Assembly: GCA_037447605.1 (NCBI GenBank)
Contig: CM074818.1
Location: forward strand, 2,120,617 to 2,184,616
Source: Zygnema circumcarinatum SAG 698-1b
Lineage: Eukaryota; Plantae; Zygnematophyceae
DNA length: 64,000 nt
Reading direction: 5' to 3'
Each line of letters begins with the position of its first letter. Positions within the stretch are counted from its first letter, which is position 1. Position numbers and translations under genes: made by a program. This document shows positions 24,714 to 36,629 of this stretch, piece by piece. The notes under the pieces are model-generated. The model did no database searches, was not told the DNA's origin, and saw only the letters and a list, made by a program, of their open reading frames with translations.

Positions 24714-26833
24714 ATGGCGACCCGGCTCCTGCAGAGCTATTGCAGGCCGCCCATGCCTGCAGTTGCCATTCAAAATGCATCTCTTCAGAGCAGTTCTTCG
24801 CCGAGTTCAAGGTCTCCGGAGGCTTGCAGTTCGAGCAGCTTCAAAACTGCTCCCAAGTTAAGGTTAGGGTTAGCGCTAAGGTCAGGGTCAAGATTAAGGT
24901 TAGAATCAGACTTCCAATGCTCTAATGCACTTAGAGGGTCAGAATTGAAATTTATTCAGCCAAATCACTCGCAAATAGCCAACTTTTTGGGTCCAAATTC
25001 TTCACATTCTGTCGCAGCTTCCTCCTGCTTTTCAGTGAACAATTGCAGCAATTCCTTTTCTGGAAATGAAATTTTATGGAAAAGTAGACAGAGCTTCAAG
25101 AAGAGAAGCACACCTCGCCAGCCATGGCCGCCCTGCGGAGCTCTTCCGGATGTTCCAGCTACCAACGGTAGTCTCTCTCATCCTCCCCCTCGCCCTCCCG
25201 CTTGCTTCTTCTATCTCTGTCCCCTCTCCCCATTACCTCTGCCCACTCCCTCCTTTCGTCTCCTCTCTCTCGCCTTGGATTCTTCTTCTTCTTCCTTTCT
25301 TTCTCCCGCTCCCTCACCCTCTCCTCTCCCTCGCTTTATCCATTTTTAATTCTTTCTCAGTTTCTGCCCCGCCCATTCTTTGACCACTTCCTCCCTTCTT
25401 CTCCTCCCTGTCCTAAACACCAGTGGTAGAATTTTCCCCATTCGTGAAGTTTAATTACACGTTATTCCATTTATAAAACGTTATAAATGAAGTGACCAGT
25501 AAAGTTTTGTTGGAGGGGAGTGCGGTTGCAGAAGAGTCTTTAATGCTCACTGAGCTCCCCTGTCTGCCCTTCACACCAACTGAGGTAGAAAGCTCTCCCT
25601 TTTCCTCTCTCTTTCTCTCTCTCTCTTCTCTCTGCCCTTCTCCCTCCCGTCCCCTACCCCCGCCCCTCTCTCTCAATCTCTCTCTCTCTCTCTCTCGCTC
25701 GCTCTTCCCCCCAAGCTAGAAGGCTGACAAGGATCTGCCATGGGCTAGGGACTCCACCCTATCCACCAGGTGTTCGTGCCAGCTTCCACCAAAACCCTTC
25801 ATCTATACGAAGCGCGGTTCCTCTCACTGCTCGATGAGGTCCGTCTCTCTCTCTCTCTCTCCTTCTCTCTCTCCTCTCCCCGCACTCTCCCTTTGAATCC
25901 CTATCATACATTGCCTTCACTTTTTGTTGTATACTAGTCACTTCACGTGCTTTTTTGCAGAGATGGAAGAGAGAGCACAAGAGTGAGTGCAGAGGGAGAG
26001 TGAGTGATAGTTGGAGAGGAGAAGGGAAGTCCGATTGCAAATTCCCGGTTCACTGAGTGCTGATTTTTCTCTTTGGGATTTTTCTCTTTCTTTTTCTTTT
26101 TATCTTCCATTTCTTCATCTTTTTTTTTGTCCCTTTCCTTTTCCTTTTCCTTTCCTTCTCTTTTTGTTCTTTTTTACTCCTACCCCCTCCCTCCAGGTCT
26201 TGGGCAACACCCAGAGCCTTTTCGCCCACGTGGTTATACAGCCTGTGTTTGGGAAGGGGGGCAGCCTGGAGGGCTCCTCCCTCATGGCGGCGTACGGCTG
26301 TCTGGCGCACATAGAGAGCGTGAGTAGGTTGTGCTCGCAGAGGGAGGAATGGGCTGTGCTGTGTCTTTATATCTACGTCTCCTTCCTCCGTCCACCTCTC
26401 CCTTCTCCCCTCCCCCCCTCCCCTCTCCCTTCTCCCTTCTCCCGTCTCCCCTCCCGCCTTTCTGCCCTCTCTCTCCTCCCTCTCCCACTTTTCTACTCTC
26501 TCCCTCCCCTTTCGCCCCTCCCGCCTTTCTGCCCTCTCTCTCCTCTCCCCTCCCCTCTCTCCCCACTTTTCTCCCCTCTCCCCCTCTCGTTCAAAATACA
26601 TGCTGCTCTACGAGTCATGACGATTAGGGAGTAGAGCGATGTCGCGATCACAGCGGTGATGTATTGGTCGCGGTGATGATGCAGGTGAAGCGCGGCTCCG
26701 TGGGAGCATTGGTGACAGTGAGAGGAATCGGCAGAATCAAACTCGTGGGCATCACTCAGGTGGGTTTTAGTTCGGGAGGGGGGCATCATCAATCCCATAA
26801 TCCCACATCCCCTCCCCTCAAGCCCACACCCCC

Positions 26834-26889
<56 letters not shown>

Positions 26890-27677
26890 GGTTGAGCCTT
26901 TCCTGAAGGGGACTGTGGTGCCCCTAAAGGACGAACCCCCGGCAGACGAGGCTGCTCTAAAGGAGAAGGTCGCCGCCCTCAGGACCGTCCTCTCCGACGT
27001 TCAAAACCTTCAAATAAAGCTCCGAGTACGCGCCTTTCAACACTTCTCCTCCCCACCTCGCCGGGACTTGAGCCCCTCTTTCTCTCGCTCTCATTCTCAA
27101 TCTTCTCCCTCTCCCTATCTCTCTCGCTCTCTCAGGGTTCTGCAGATGAGCCCCTGCAGACGCCGTTAGAGAGAGCGCTGCAGTGGGCGGATAGAGCGGA
27201 GCAGCAGGAGGAGGTGGGGAGGACGTATCTTCCCTCCGCATCGGAACGAGTCTCCTTTGCGGCGCTGCAACCTCTCACTGGTGAAGAGAATTCTCTCCTT
27301 CACCTCTCCCTCTTTCTCCCTTGCTCTTCATCTCTCCCTCTCTCTACCTTCCCCCCCCCCCCCCTTCCTCCTCCGATTCCCATCCACTGTCTCCTATCCT
27401 CTTTTTTCTTCTCTCTATGCAAATTATCCCCAATGAAGTCATCTTCCTTATGAAATCAGAACACAAGAAGATCTCTCCCTCTCCCTCTCCCTCTCTCGCT
27501 CTCCCCCCACCCCCACCAGGCGCCTCTCCCGCGGAGCTTCACCGCCTCCTACAACTGCGCCTCACCTCCATGGAAACCGTTGACACGGAGAAACGACTAC
27601 AATCCGTGCTGGAGCACGCCATGGAATCCCGAGCCACCCTGGCCGCCAAGGTGGCCCTGCAGGACCTCAGGCTTTAG
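24714..27677 (+). CDS. Plastid-targeted Lon protease N-terminal (substrate-binding) domain protein, At1g35340-like. Exons 24714-25167, 25493-25584, 25770-25838, 26197-26319, 26685-26759, 26891-27025, 27136-27280, 27520-27677
   Basis: Ser-rich transit-peptide-like N-terminus, then LPCLPFTPTEVFVPASTKTLHLYEARFLSLLDE, AAYGCLAHIESV, GALVTVRGIGRIK, EPFLKGTV, ERVSFAALQPLTG and LAAKVALQDL. All introns are GT-AG and in phase. Confidence 0.88.
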
Positions 27678-28218
27678 TGCTGCAGGGTTTGGGTGTAGGG
27701 TTATAAACTGTTCTGTTCTTATTCGGTCGGTCAGTTAGTCAAGTGGTTATTAGTAGCCAATAAGCCATTCGCTGAAGAATTCACAAGGCCAAAGAAAGAC
27801 GTGTCTTGTGCTTTCTCTTGTTGGAGTGGTTTCGTGAACAAAGAGTTCTGTATGATCTGGGCTGATCTCCCCCCCCCTTCCCCTCTCCCCCTTTCTTTCA
27901 CCTCTTCCTGCTCTCCTGCTCTCTCCCTCCACCTAAACAACAAGCTGCTTCCCTTTCTGTTTTGTCACGAAAACTTTCCTTTTGTACATCTCCGATTTCA
28001 CCAACACAGCGCTTCACTGCCTCGAAAGGGGTCTACTTATTCACGACTCCCACTGGATTCGGCACCACAACTGATGGAGAGAGCGGAACAGAGGGGGACA
28101 GGGACAAGTAAGGAGGGAGGGGGGGAGAGGGGGAGGGAGAGATCATATCACTACAATATGTTGATCTGTCTCCAAGAGCGGGAGAGAAGAGTGGGCTCCT
28201 CTCGCTCTCTCAGTAGCA

Positions 28219-31205
28219 TCACCTGAGGTTCCACATGTTCGAAAAATAGTACTTGTTGGAGTTGATGAATCCGAACAAATCTTCAGTTTTGCTCCCTTGA
28301 AGCGCGAACAAAAGTTGTTGAACTTCGGTTTCGTATTGATTTTCGAGGCCCGTTACCTGAGTCAAAAAGAAGGAAAAAAGAAAAAAAAAACATAAACCCA
28401 TAAATAGCCCGTTTCCCTCTCCTCCACCCGTCAGTATTTGTTTGGGTCGTTAAAGGAAAGGAAGAGAGGGAGGGAGGGAAGCTTTTGAAGAGGTGGCTCA
28501 GAGTCAACCCCTCTCTCCCTCTTCCTCACTCGCTCGCTCGTCGCCACCTGTATCTCCCTCACCCTCCCCTCTCCGGCTCTCTAAAATTTGATCCCTTCCT
28601 CTCTGTGCACAGTTGAATGTGTAAACTGTCTAGGCTTTCCTGGCTTTCTTTAAAGATCTTTAGGTTCTCCCTATTGAGACAGCGGGGGTTCAGAGTTGAC
28701 AAAAGTTCCACACTTTCGGAACTAAAAATCAGTACACGCTTTCCCACAAAATAGGTACTAACAGCAAAATCCAAAGTACTTCCTTCAAAACCAAATTCCA
28801 TATCGATTTCATGTCTGAACCCCCTTATTCCATATGGAGGGGTAGAGGGATGGGAAGACGAAGGCCTACCATTCTGGCGCTTAGAGGACGAGCAGCTCCT
28901 TCACTCCCCCCAGAAAGAGCAGCTTGAAGGAGGCGATGAAGGTTCAAAACGAGCTGTAATATAGAATTGAGATACCTTCGGATGTGGTATTCCTGGCGAG
29001 TCTGGAGAGACCTGAATGAATGGGCAGAGAAGAAATAAGGAAGTAAGAGGAGGGGGGGGAGGGGTAGGGATAGGGATAGGGGAAAGGCAATTGTAGAGTG
29101 TAAGGGAGAGAGAGAGGGGGGGAGGCGGAGGGGGGAGGGAAAGGGTGAGAGGGAGAGAGAGAGGTCTTACCGGTGCATGCAGTCATTGCCATATTCTATC
29201 AGCAGCTCCTGAACACTTTTCAGCTGCAGAGAGCCACCCCAAAGAGGAAAGTAAAGTCAAAACACAAGAAGAAATAAGAAACGAGACTGAGAAGAGACTG
29301 AGGATCCCAGCTCAAACTGAAGCTGAAAGTGGAGGAGATTTCTTTCCACCACTACCCCCTCTCCCCGTAACTTCCTCCCACCCTTCCCTCCCTCCCATCC
29401 CTCTCCCCAAACCCCCCTCCCCCAACATCCCCTTAAGACGAAGGAATCAAGCACACACGAATAAACAGACGTAATTGGGCATCTTATCTTAGTTCCATTT
29501 GATATTACCCAAAAAACCTTTAGCTTGTAGCCAAATTCCTACATTTCTTCCTCGTCCTTTATTGAGATACATAGAAAGCCTCCAGCCCCTCATTCTGAGA
29601 TGAAAACTCTTTGATACACTGCAATACAAGAAAGATCTTATTTTTTAAATGAAAAAAAGCACTTAATAAGTGAATAATTTAAGTGCAGGGGAGTTCAACT
29701 TACTGGTTGCTCTTCACATAGAGATTCGAGAGATTTCACTTGAAGGAGCTGAAAGTGAAGAAATTTCTCCACTGCAGCTACCAATTGCACCATCTTATAT
29801 CTGGCAGAAAGCCCTCCATATAAAAATTTCTCGTTTAAATAGCAGAACCTAAATTGTTTACACAGATTATTAGGATATTGGAATCCCGCAAAGATTGGGC
29901 ATCTGTTGTTTGTTAAAAATCGTTTCTGAATTGAATCGTTGAGTTGAGTCCCACCTCAGTAATTGGACTCTTCTCAACACATCCGGCGCAATATTCAAAG
30001 GCTGCAAAATGGATCCGCTTTTGGATCTCTCAGTTTCCCGCTTTCGACGTTCTATGTCCTGCAGTGAAGCCCAACTTCTTTGACCCTCATAAGGCATATG
30101 TTCGAGCAGCACGTCAACTTCCTTCACCCTAACCCTAACCCTAACCCTAACCCTAACCCTAACCCTAACCCTAACCCTAACCCTAACCCTAACCCTAACC
30201 CTAACCCTAACCCTAACCCTAACCCTAACCCTAACCCTAACCCTATCCCTATCCCTATCCCTAACCCTAACCCTAACCCTAACCCTAACCCTAAGCCTAA
30301 CACTAACCCTAACCCTAACCCTAACCCTAACCCTAACCCTACCCCTAACCCTAACCCTAACCCTAACCCTAAGCCTAACACTAACCCTAACCCTAACCCT
30401 AACCCTAACCCTAACCCTAACCCTAACCCTAACCCTAACCCCAGCCCTAGTCCTAGCCCTAACCCTAACCCTAACCCCTACCCTCACCCTAATAAAATGT
30501 TAACAATTGAGGGGAGTTGTACAAATAACCCACCTTAAAAAACCCTCCAATTTCAGCTAAGGCCCATCCTGCGTACTTGATGCGTAGAAGTGAACAGAAT
30601 GCGAACGACAGAGGGGTCAACATGGACAGTAGAACAATCTTGGAAAGCGGAAAATCGACGTTGTACTGCAATTGTAGAAGATCAAGGGAATCCATATCTG
30701 CACCAAATGGAGAAAATAACAACATACCTTTGCCTAAATGAGTTTAGGGCTCTCTCCCACTTCCTCCCTTCCCCTTTCTCTCCCCTCCTCCCTCTCTCTC
30801 TCATTAATCATGCACAAAATAAAGAAAAAAATGAAGGGTGCTGCTTCCATTAAGCTCTAATATTCCTATCCGCTCTCATAAATCCTTTCTGATCTTACAG
30901 TCTTGGGCTCTGTATAGACCGAAAGCCAACCAAACCGACAAATTATTGTAGTGCACTCACCATGTGGAAGTAGTACATTGTGTTGTGAAGTTCGACGGGA
31001 AGCTTTTTCAGCGTCGACATTGTGAACTCCTTTTATTGAATTTGCTTTGATGGAAATAGAAAGCCGTTTAGCATGAATATCATTTTCGGTTGCAGGGCAG
31101 AAGCTGAAGGAGCTTTCAAGAAGTTTCTGAATGCGTGTTTGTTGTAGCTTTGGAGATAAAGGAAGAGGGCCCTGCAAATAAAATCAGACCAGATAGTAAA
31201 TTCTC

Positions 31206-31265
<60 letters not shown>

Positions 31266-34200
31266 TCCCACACTCTCTCCTCTCTCTCTCCCCCTCTCCT
31301 CCTCCCTTACAATCCTCCCAAACCCAGGACCCCTGTTCAAACTTTTCCGGGAGAACCGATGTAAAGAAGCATATACACATATAAAAGGAGCGGCTCTAAA
31401 ATCCAATCCCTTTCCTATCTGACAGCCTGAGCAGGGATTGAGCAAAATTATGTTTTAATATTCCTTCAGGAGTTGAACTCTGAAGTTGCACTCTGAAGTT
31501 TCAGGCGGGATCTACTCATACCTCATAAGAAACTGCCTTTTGTCGTCCATGTAGAAGCCCAAAAAAACTATTGCAAAATGTAGACCTCCAATCTCCCCTC
31601 TCCATGAAAAAATATGCACGAAGCTTAGTCAAAATCTTGGTTAATCCGCAGACCTTGATGGCAACTTCTCGGTGAAGTATGCTCAGCCATTGGTGCCTGG
31701 CCGGCCACAAATGGAGAGAATTTTATTTAAAAGGAGGGACAAAGGAGAGGGAGAAGGAGAGAGGCGGAGGGGGGAAGGGTGGGGGGGGAGGGGAGGGGAG
31801 GGAAGGGGATGGGATGGGGAGAGGAGTGAGCGAGAAAGAGAGGGGTGGGATGGAGGGAGAGGGGAGGGATAGATGGATAGAGAAAGAGCGAGAGGGAGGT
31901 AGAGAGAACGAGAAAAAGAGATTTCAAGGAGGGGAAAGAGCGGTGCTGTCACGTACCAGATTTGTATCTCCTTCACTATGCAAATATCAATGACCAGCGA
32001 AAGAGGAGCATCTCTCGATGCTGATGGAGGTGGCAGTATTTCAAATTCTGCTTCTCTTTTCCTTTGTAGCTTTAAAAGCCCTGAAAGCCACTTTTCCGAA
32101 CACTCAAATCCTTCAAATCCCTTCAAATCCTTAGAATTATCCCTTCTTCTTTCATCTCCTCCAGACTGCAAACTTGCTGTAGATTCAAACGACCCTGTGA
32201 TCCGTTCAATATTGGCATTTTCTGGGCCTTCCTCTCTCTGACCTCCTCTATCACCTCCTCTCTCGCCCTTCCTCGCGTATCTCTCCTCTTTCCTCTTTCT
32301 CTCTTTTGTTTCCGTATGCTCCTCACTGACTGCCATGCCTAGCTTTTCAACCAACTGATTTAGAGGCCCCATTCTTGTCTCGTGCAGTCTCTTTCTCTCC
32401 TCCTTTAGTCGGTCAAGACTCAAGTTGCGGAAGCGGAAGGGTGTGCCAAATTTTGGCTCCAGAAAATTTGCAGTAGTCAAGGGCTCTTCTAGGAGAAATG
32501 TTCCCAATGTTGCCACATATTTTGCCACTTCAAATTTACTATCCAACTCCTTGAGAGCTTCTAATTGTTCTCCTGCCAGCTGCAGGGGTTGCTGAATACA
32601 TTCCAAAAAGCAGGGCAACTTTAACTCCTGCTTAGCGAAAAAAAATTGAATATGTATGAGAGTATGTCAAAGTGAGCATTCCTTTCTGACACAGATAGGA
32701 GGAAAATTTTGGCAATGTTCCGCAGAACTTTCTTTCTGACATGCTTGAATAGAAATCAAAATTCATCAGCGAACTCTTTTTCTCTCGAAGTTAATGAAAC
32801 CTTAAGCTACTTCCACGAGTTGAGTAAATAGGGATGTAATATTCACTTATCCTAAACGAGAACGTACCTTCCTTTCTCCATCTCCTCCTTCAATTGAACC
32901 GAACTCAACAAAAAACTCTTTGAATGGATCCTGAACCCGTTCCTGAAGTAGAAAGTTCCGCAGAAACGAAAACAAAGGAGCGCATGACTTTATGAAAAGG
33001 AATCGTAGCAAGCCTTCCTCATGAGGTCCTGCTCCCTGCATACTCAGAAGTCCCACTTCCAGACAGTAAATCATCGTTCTGTTCCTGTACATCCCTCCTC
33101 TCAGCACGTCTCTTCCTCTCTTCTGTCAGTCTCCGTCTCTGTCTCTGTCTGTCTATCTCTCTCCGACTCTCTGTCTCTCTCGCTGTCTCTCTGTCTCTGT
33201 CTCTGTCTCTGTCTCTCTCCCACCTCTCCTACCCACACTCAGATTACAAGGCCATTCCGAAAAATGAAAGCGGAAACCGCTAAAGCACAAAAAATATAAA
33301 TGAAGTATCTTATAAAGGGGAAGAATATCTTACGTCTAGTAGACTATACAAATGTGATAGCAAGTCAACACCCCTTGGAAACAACTCCCACCGTTTCCTC
33401 GCTTCCACATAGTAATCCCCTGCTTTTCCGTCTCCACTTAATCCACTTTCACTGCTTGACGAAGAAGAACACCAGCAAATCTCTGCCAAAAAATTCAACT
33501 TATTTGCTAATTCATGAGTGCGATTCTTCATCCCTAACAGTGTTTTGTTTTTTCTTGCGTTTTGCTGCTCTGATCTCGAAGGCCGCCTCTCAATACATGG
33601 GTATGGGTATCCTCCTTGACCAACTCCTTGGTAAGAATTTGTGGTTTGAATAGGTGGCTCAACGCAAGACCTTTCAGTTCCACCATCCAACCGAGCTTCA
33701 GTACTGTAATTATTGGAAAACGCTCGGTCTGCCTGCATACCTCTCGCCATTGTCTTCAACATTTTCGAATGCTCACTACATAAAGCCATCACTGCGGAAC
33801 AAAATGCTTCATTGACAAGTCCTCTAACTCTCTGTTTTTTTTCTCTCACTTCCTTAATGCTCTCATCACTATCTTTTGCTTCTGCCTCATCGTCGGTATC
33901 AATCCACCAATCCTCATCATCTTCGGGTATTTCATCGTCACTTTCGTCTTCATTCGACAAGCGAGAATGCGAGGTTTCATGTTTTAAGGTTTCATGCTCC
34001 TCGCCTTTTAGAAATTCCACAAACCGTTCTATCCGTAATCGCAGTCTTCCAACTTCCTCCAAAGAAGAAAGGAGGCTCTTAGTAGTACCAGCAGACAAAC
34101 CCTTCACGCGCACCTCATGCTGCATATCCCTTCCAGAACGTAAACCATCAGAACTCAATTCTGATGGCAAAGTTCTTGCAGAATATGAACGCTCATCAGG

Positions 34201-35664
34201 ATGCAGAAATTGCCCTGGAAATCCATGAATAGCTTTCTGGGCCTCCTTCAGTAACGCCGCCTCCTGCAAAGTACAGAACAGACATCTTTTTGCTTGATTT
34301 GATTTGGTTTGATTTGATTCAAGCCTTGCAGTGCCGAATTTGATCAATGAGATTCTAAAAATTGCTTTCTTTAACTTCGGAAGTTTTATAGAAAAGCTAT
34401 GAAAACTAAATTAAAAACTGGGGACTCCTTAAAGTGACCTATCGTTTTAGAAATTCAAAACTTCAAATATATTCCATTTTCCATTTCAAGTTCTGAACCT
34501 ATGTTTCGACAGATATGGGCTAAGATGAGACACACAAATCCCTACATTTCGGATGCTGGCTCACTTTCGTTCTGCTTGATGAAAGAATCTTCCTCCTCCG
34601 CTCAGATCATTGCAAAAGCAAAACGAGGTTCATTTAATCACTGACTGACTAACTGACTAACTGACTAACTGACGATCGCTGACTGACTAACTGACTAACT
34701 AACCTCCACAACAAGAGGTCGTCGATTCATCCCATCATACATCTCTTGCAGACGGCGCTCAAAAGTGCTTTGCTCGGAAGACGACGGCAGACTCGCCTCA
34801 TTTTCCACTTGCAAGTTAGGAGGAGCCTGCAGGAGTCAAAACAGTGGTAGACAGAAGGTTGCAAGTTGAGAATGTTTCGAAACGCAGCACAGCTTACAAC
34901 CATTGATTCATTAAAGGAGAGATTTGGAAGGCGCCAAAGCATTTGCATGGCACATAGCTTCTAAGAAATTTTCTTTTCGGACTTAGCTTGGGAGACCTGG
35001 CTGAATAGTGTTTGCTTTCAAGCAAAAAACAGATTTGACGTACATTTTGATCGCTTGCTTTCCCATACGAGAGAGAGAGGGGGAGAGATAGAGAGAGAGA
35101 GAGAGAGGTGGGAGGGTCTCACATCATTGCGGAATTCCTTTGAAACCGTCCGTGGAAACCACAGCCCTATCAACTGCAAAACGGGAAGGTTTTGAACATT
35201 TCCATCCTCTTTGAAAGCATCTGAACTTGGTTCAGACCAATGTGTATTGGATATGTCAATGTTGGGTCTACATTTTGAATCTGCACCTCCAAAACAGCAA
35301 AAAACGAACTAGAAAAACAATCATTCTTGTCATTTTTTAATTTGACATTTTTCATCTTTCCATAAAATGCAAATGAAAATGAGAACATTGTGTCAAACAT
35401 GCCATATTCATTGAATAATCTGAAGAAAACAACGATTACAATTCAAACAATAGCAGCTTCCACAACAAAAAACTTACAATAACTGAACCAAGAATCGTCT
35501 TCTTCACATCCTGCACCTATTTTTTTCCATGCGGTTTCTTCGTCACTCGTGCCATAGTTGAAATAAGTTCCGGATTTAAAGGCCTCTCCAATCTCCTGGA
35601 ATCTCAGCATCCTGCAGCTGCGCTGCTGCTCTTGCTTCCCTCCTTCTACCACAACCCTTCCCAT
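28219..35664 (-). CDS. GCP6: Gamma-tubulin complex component 6. Confident exons include 34704-34826, 33334-34263, 32868-33035, 31957-32627, 31522-31681, and last exon 28219-28356; start position tentative
   Basis: RRPLVVE|EAALLKEAQKAIHG, GLVNEAFCSAV, FPRGVDLLSHLY, LLRFLFIKSCAPLF..FL...QDPFKEFFV, PCFLECIQQPLQLAGEQL, PLSLVIDICIVKEI, LRAYFFMERGDW, LQLQYNVDFPLSKI and FINSNKYY match the GRIP1/GRIP2 pattern of plant GCP6. Confidence 0.85.
30127..30491. repeat. Interstitial (CCCTAA)n/(TTAGGG)n array, about 60 units, filling a GCP6 intron (30122-30533)
   Basis: Direct reading. Mostly perfect CCCTAA, with CCCTAT, GCCTAA, CACTAA and CCCTAG variants. Confidence 0.95.
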
Positions 35665-35812
35665 ACATCATCCCTCCGTTCTTCCAATATTCCCCTCCTC
35701 TCCTCTCCTTTCATCTCCATTCTCTGTTGCAAATAAGGGGGAGAAGGACGGGAGAGGTAGGGAAGAGGGAAAGAGGGAGAGGGAGATATAAGAGAGAGGG
35801 AGAGCAAAGAGG

Positions 35813-35848
<36 letters not shown>

Positions 35849-35903
35849 GGTGGGAGGGAGGGAAAGACCACCTTTCAAACTTTGGTTTGCTGGAAGCTCC
35901 AAC

Positions 35904-35989
35904 GTACCTTTTGTACCCTCGATGTACGATCTCGTACAACTTCGTACGATGTCGTACGGTTCATTGCAAGAAAAGTTTTCCTTCCGTAC
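35904..35989. promoter_or_regulatory. Cluster of 7 GTAC cores, six of them at ~10-bp spacing (candidate SBP-box/CuRE array)
   Basis: GTAC at 35904, 35913, 35924, 35934, 35944, 35954 and 35986, plus 36309 and 36321, in the divergent GCP6 / transporter intergenic region. Regulatory function is inferred only. Confidence 0.4.
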
Positions 35990-36629
35990 GTCCGTATCAA
36001 AACATGGGGTTGGTAAAGGATGGAGGTCATGGAAATTCATGACATGGGTCATGGGCTCATGGCCTGCGATCATATCTCATGACCTCTCATTAACCCGGTC
36101 ATGACCTCTTGTTGGCCTATTGTTTCTTGGGGTTAACATGAATGTAAAGGGAGACGGAGTTGAGTGAAAGGGAGAGGAGAGGGGGGGAGTGACTCATGAT
36201 CTTGGTCATGAACTGGGTCACGATTGGTCATGGCATTCTTTGTTATGGACTCATGAGTCATGACCCGAGGTCATGGTCATGACCTCGACACCATGACCTC
36301 CGCTATAGGTACAATATTCGGTACGGTATTGTGAACTCTGGACCTAACCCTAATTTCGCCTCCTCTCTCCTATTCGATCTGCGGGAGCTCTCCTCCCTTC
36401 CCTCCCACCTCTCTCCTTTCTCTCTCTATCCCTCACTTCCTCTTCTCTTTCCCTTATCTCCCGTCCCGACCCATCAATTCAAACCCTAATTTTCTCTCGT
36501 CATCACACCTGTCAGACCCTGCCCTTTTACTCACCCTTTGGAACCTTTAATTCCAAAAGCCTCCACGCGAGATAGAAAGACATATCCACCGAGAGGCACA
36601 GAGAGAGAGAGAGAGAGAGAGATAGAGAG

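Noticed and set aside
30127-30491. True chromosome end or telomere fusion site
   Set aside because: Single orientation, only about 365 bp, and flanked on both sides by in-phase GCP6 exons.
29870-30538. Long VRVRVR / NPNPNP / LGLGLG ORFs
   Set aside because: These are read-through of the (CCCTAA)n array in a GCP6 intron.
34727-34948. MQMLWRLPN... ORF as the GCP6 N-terminal exon
   Set aside because: A different frame (34704-34826, ...RRPLVVE) has proper splice sites and joins in phase to the next GCP6 exon.
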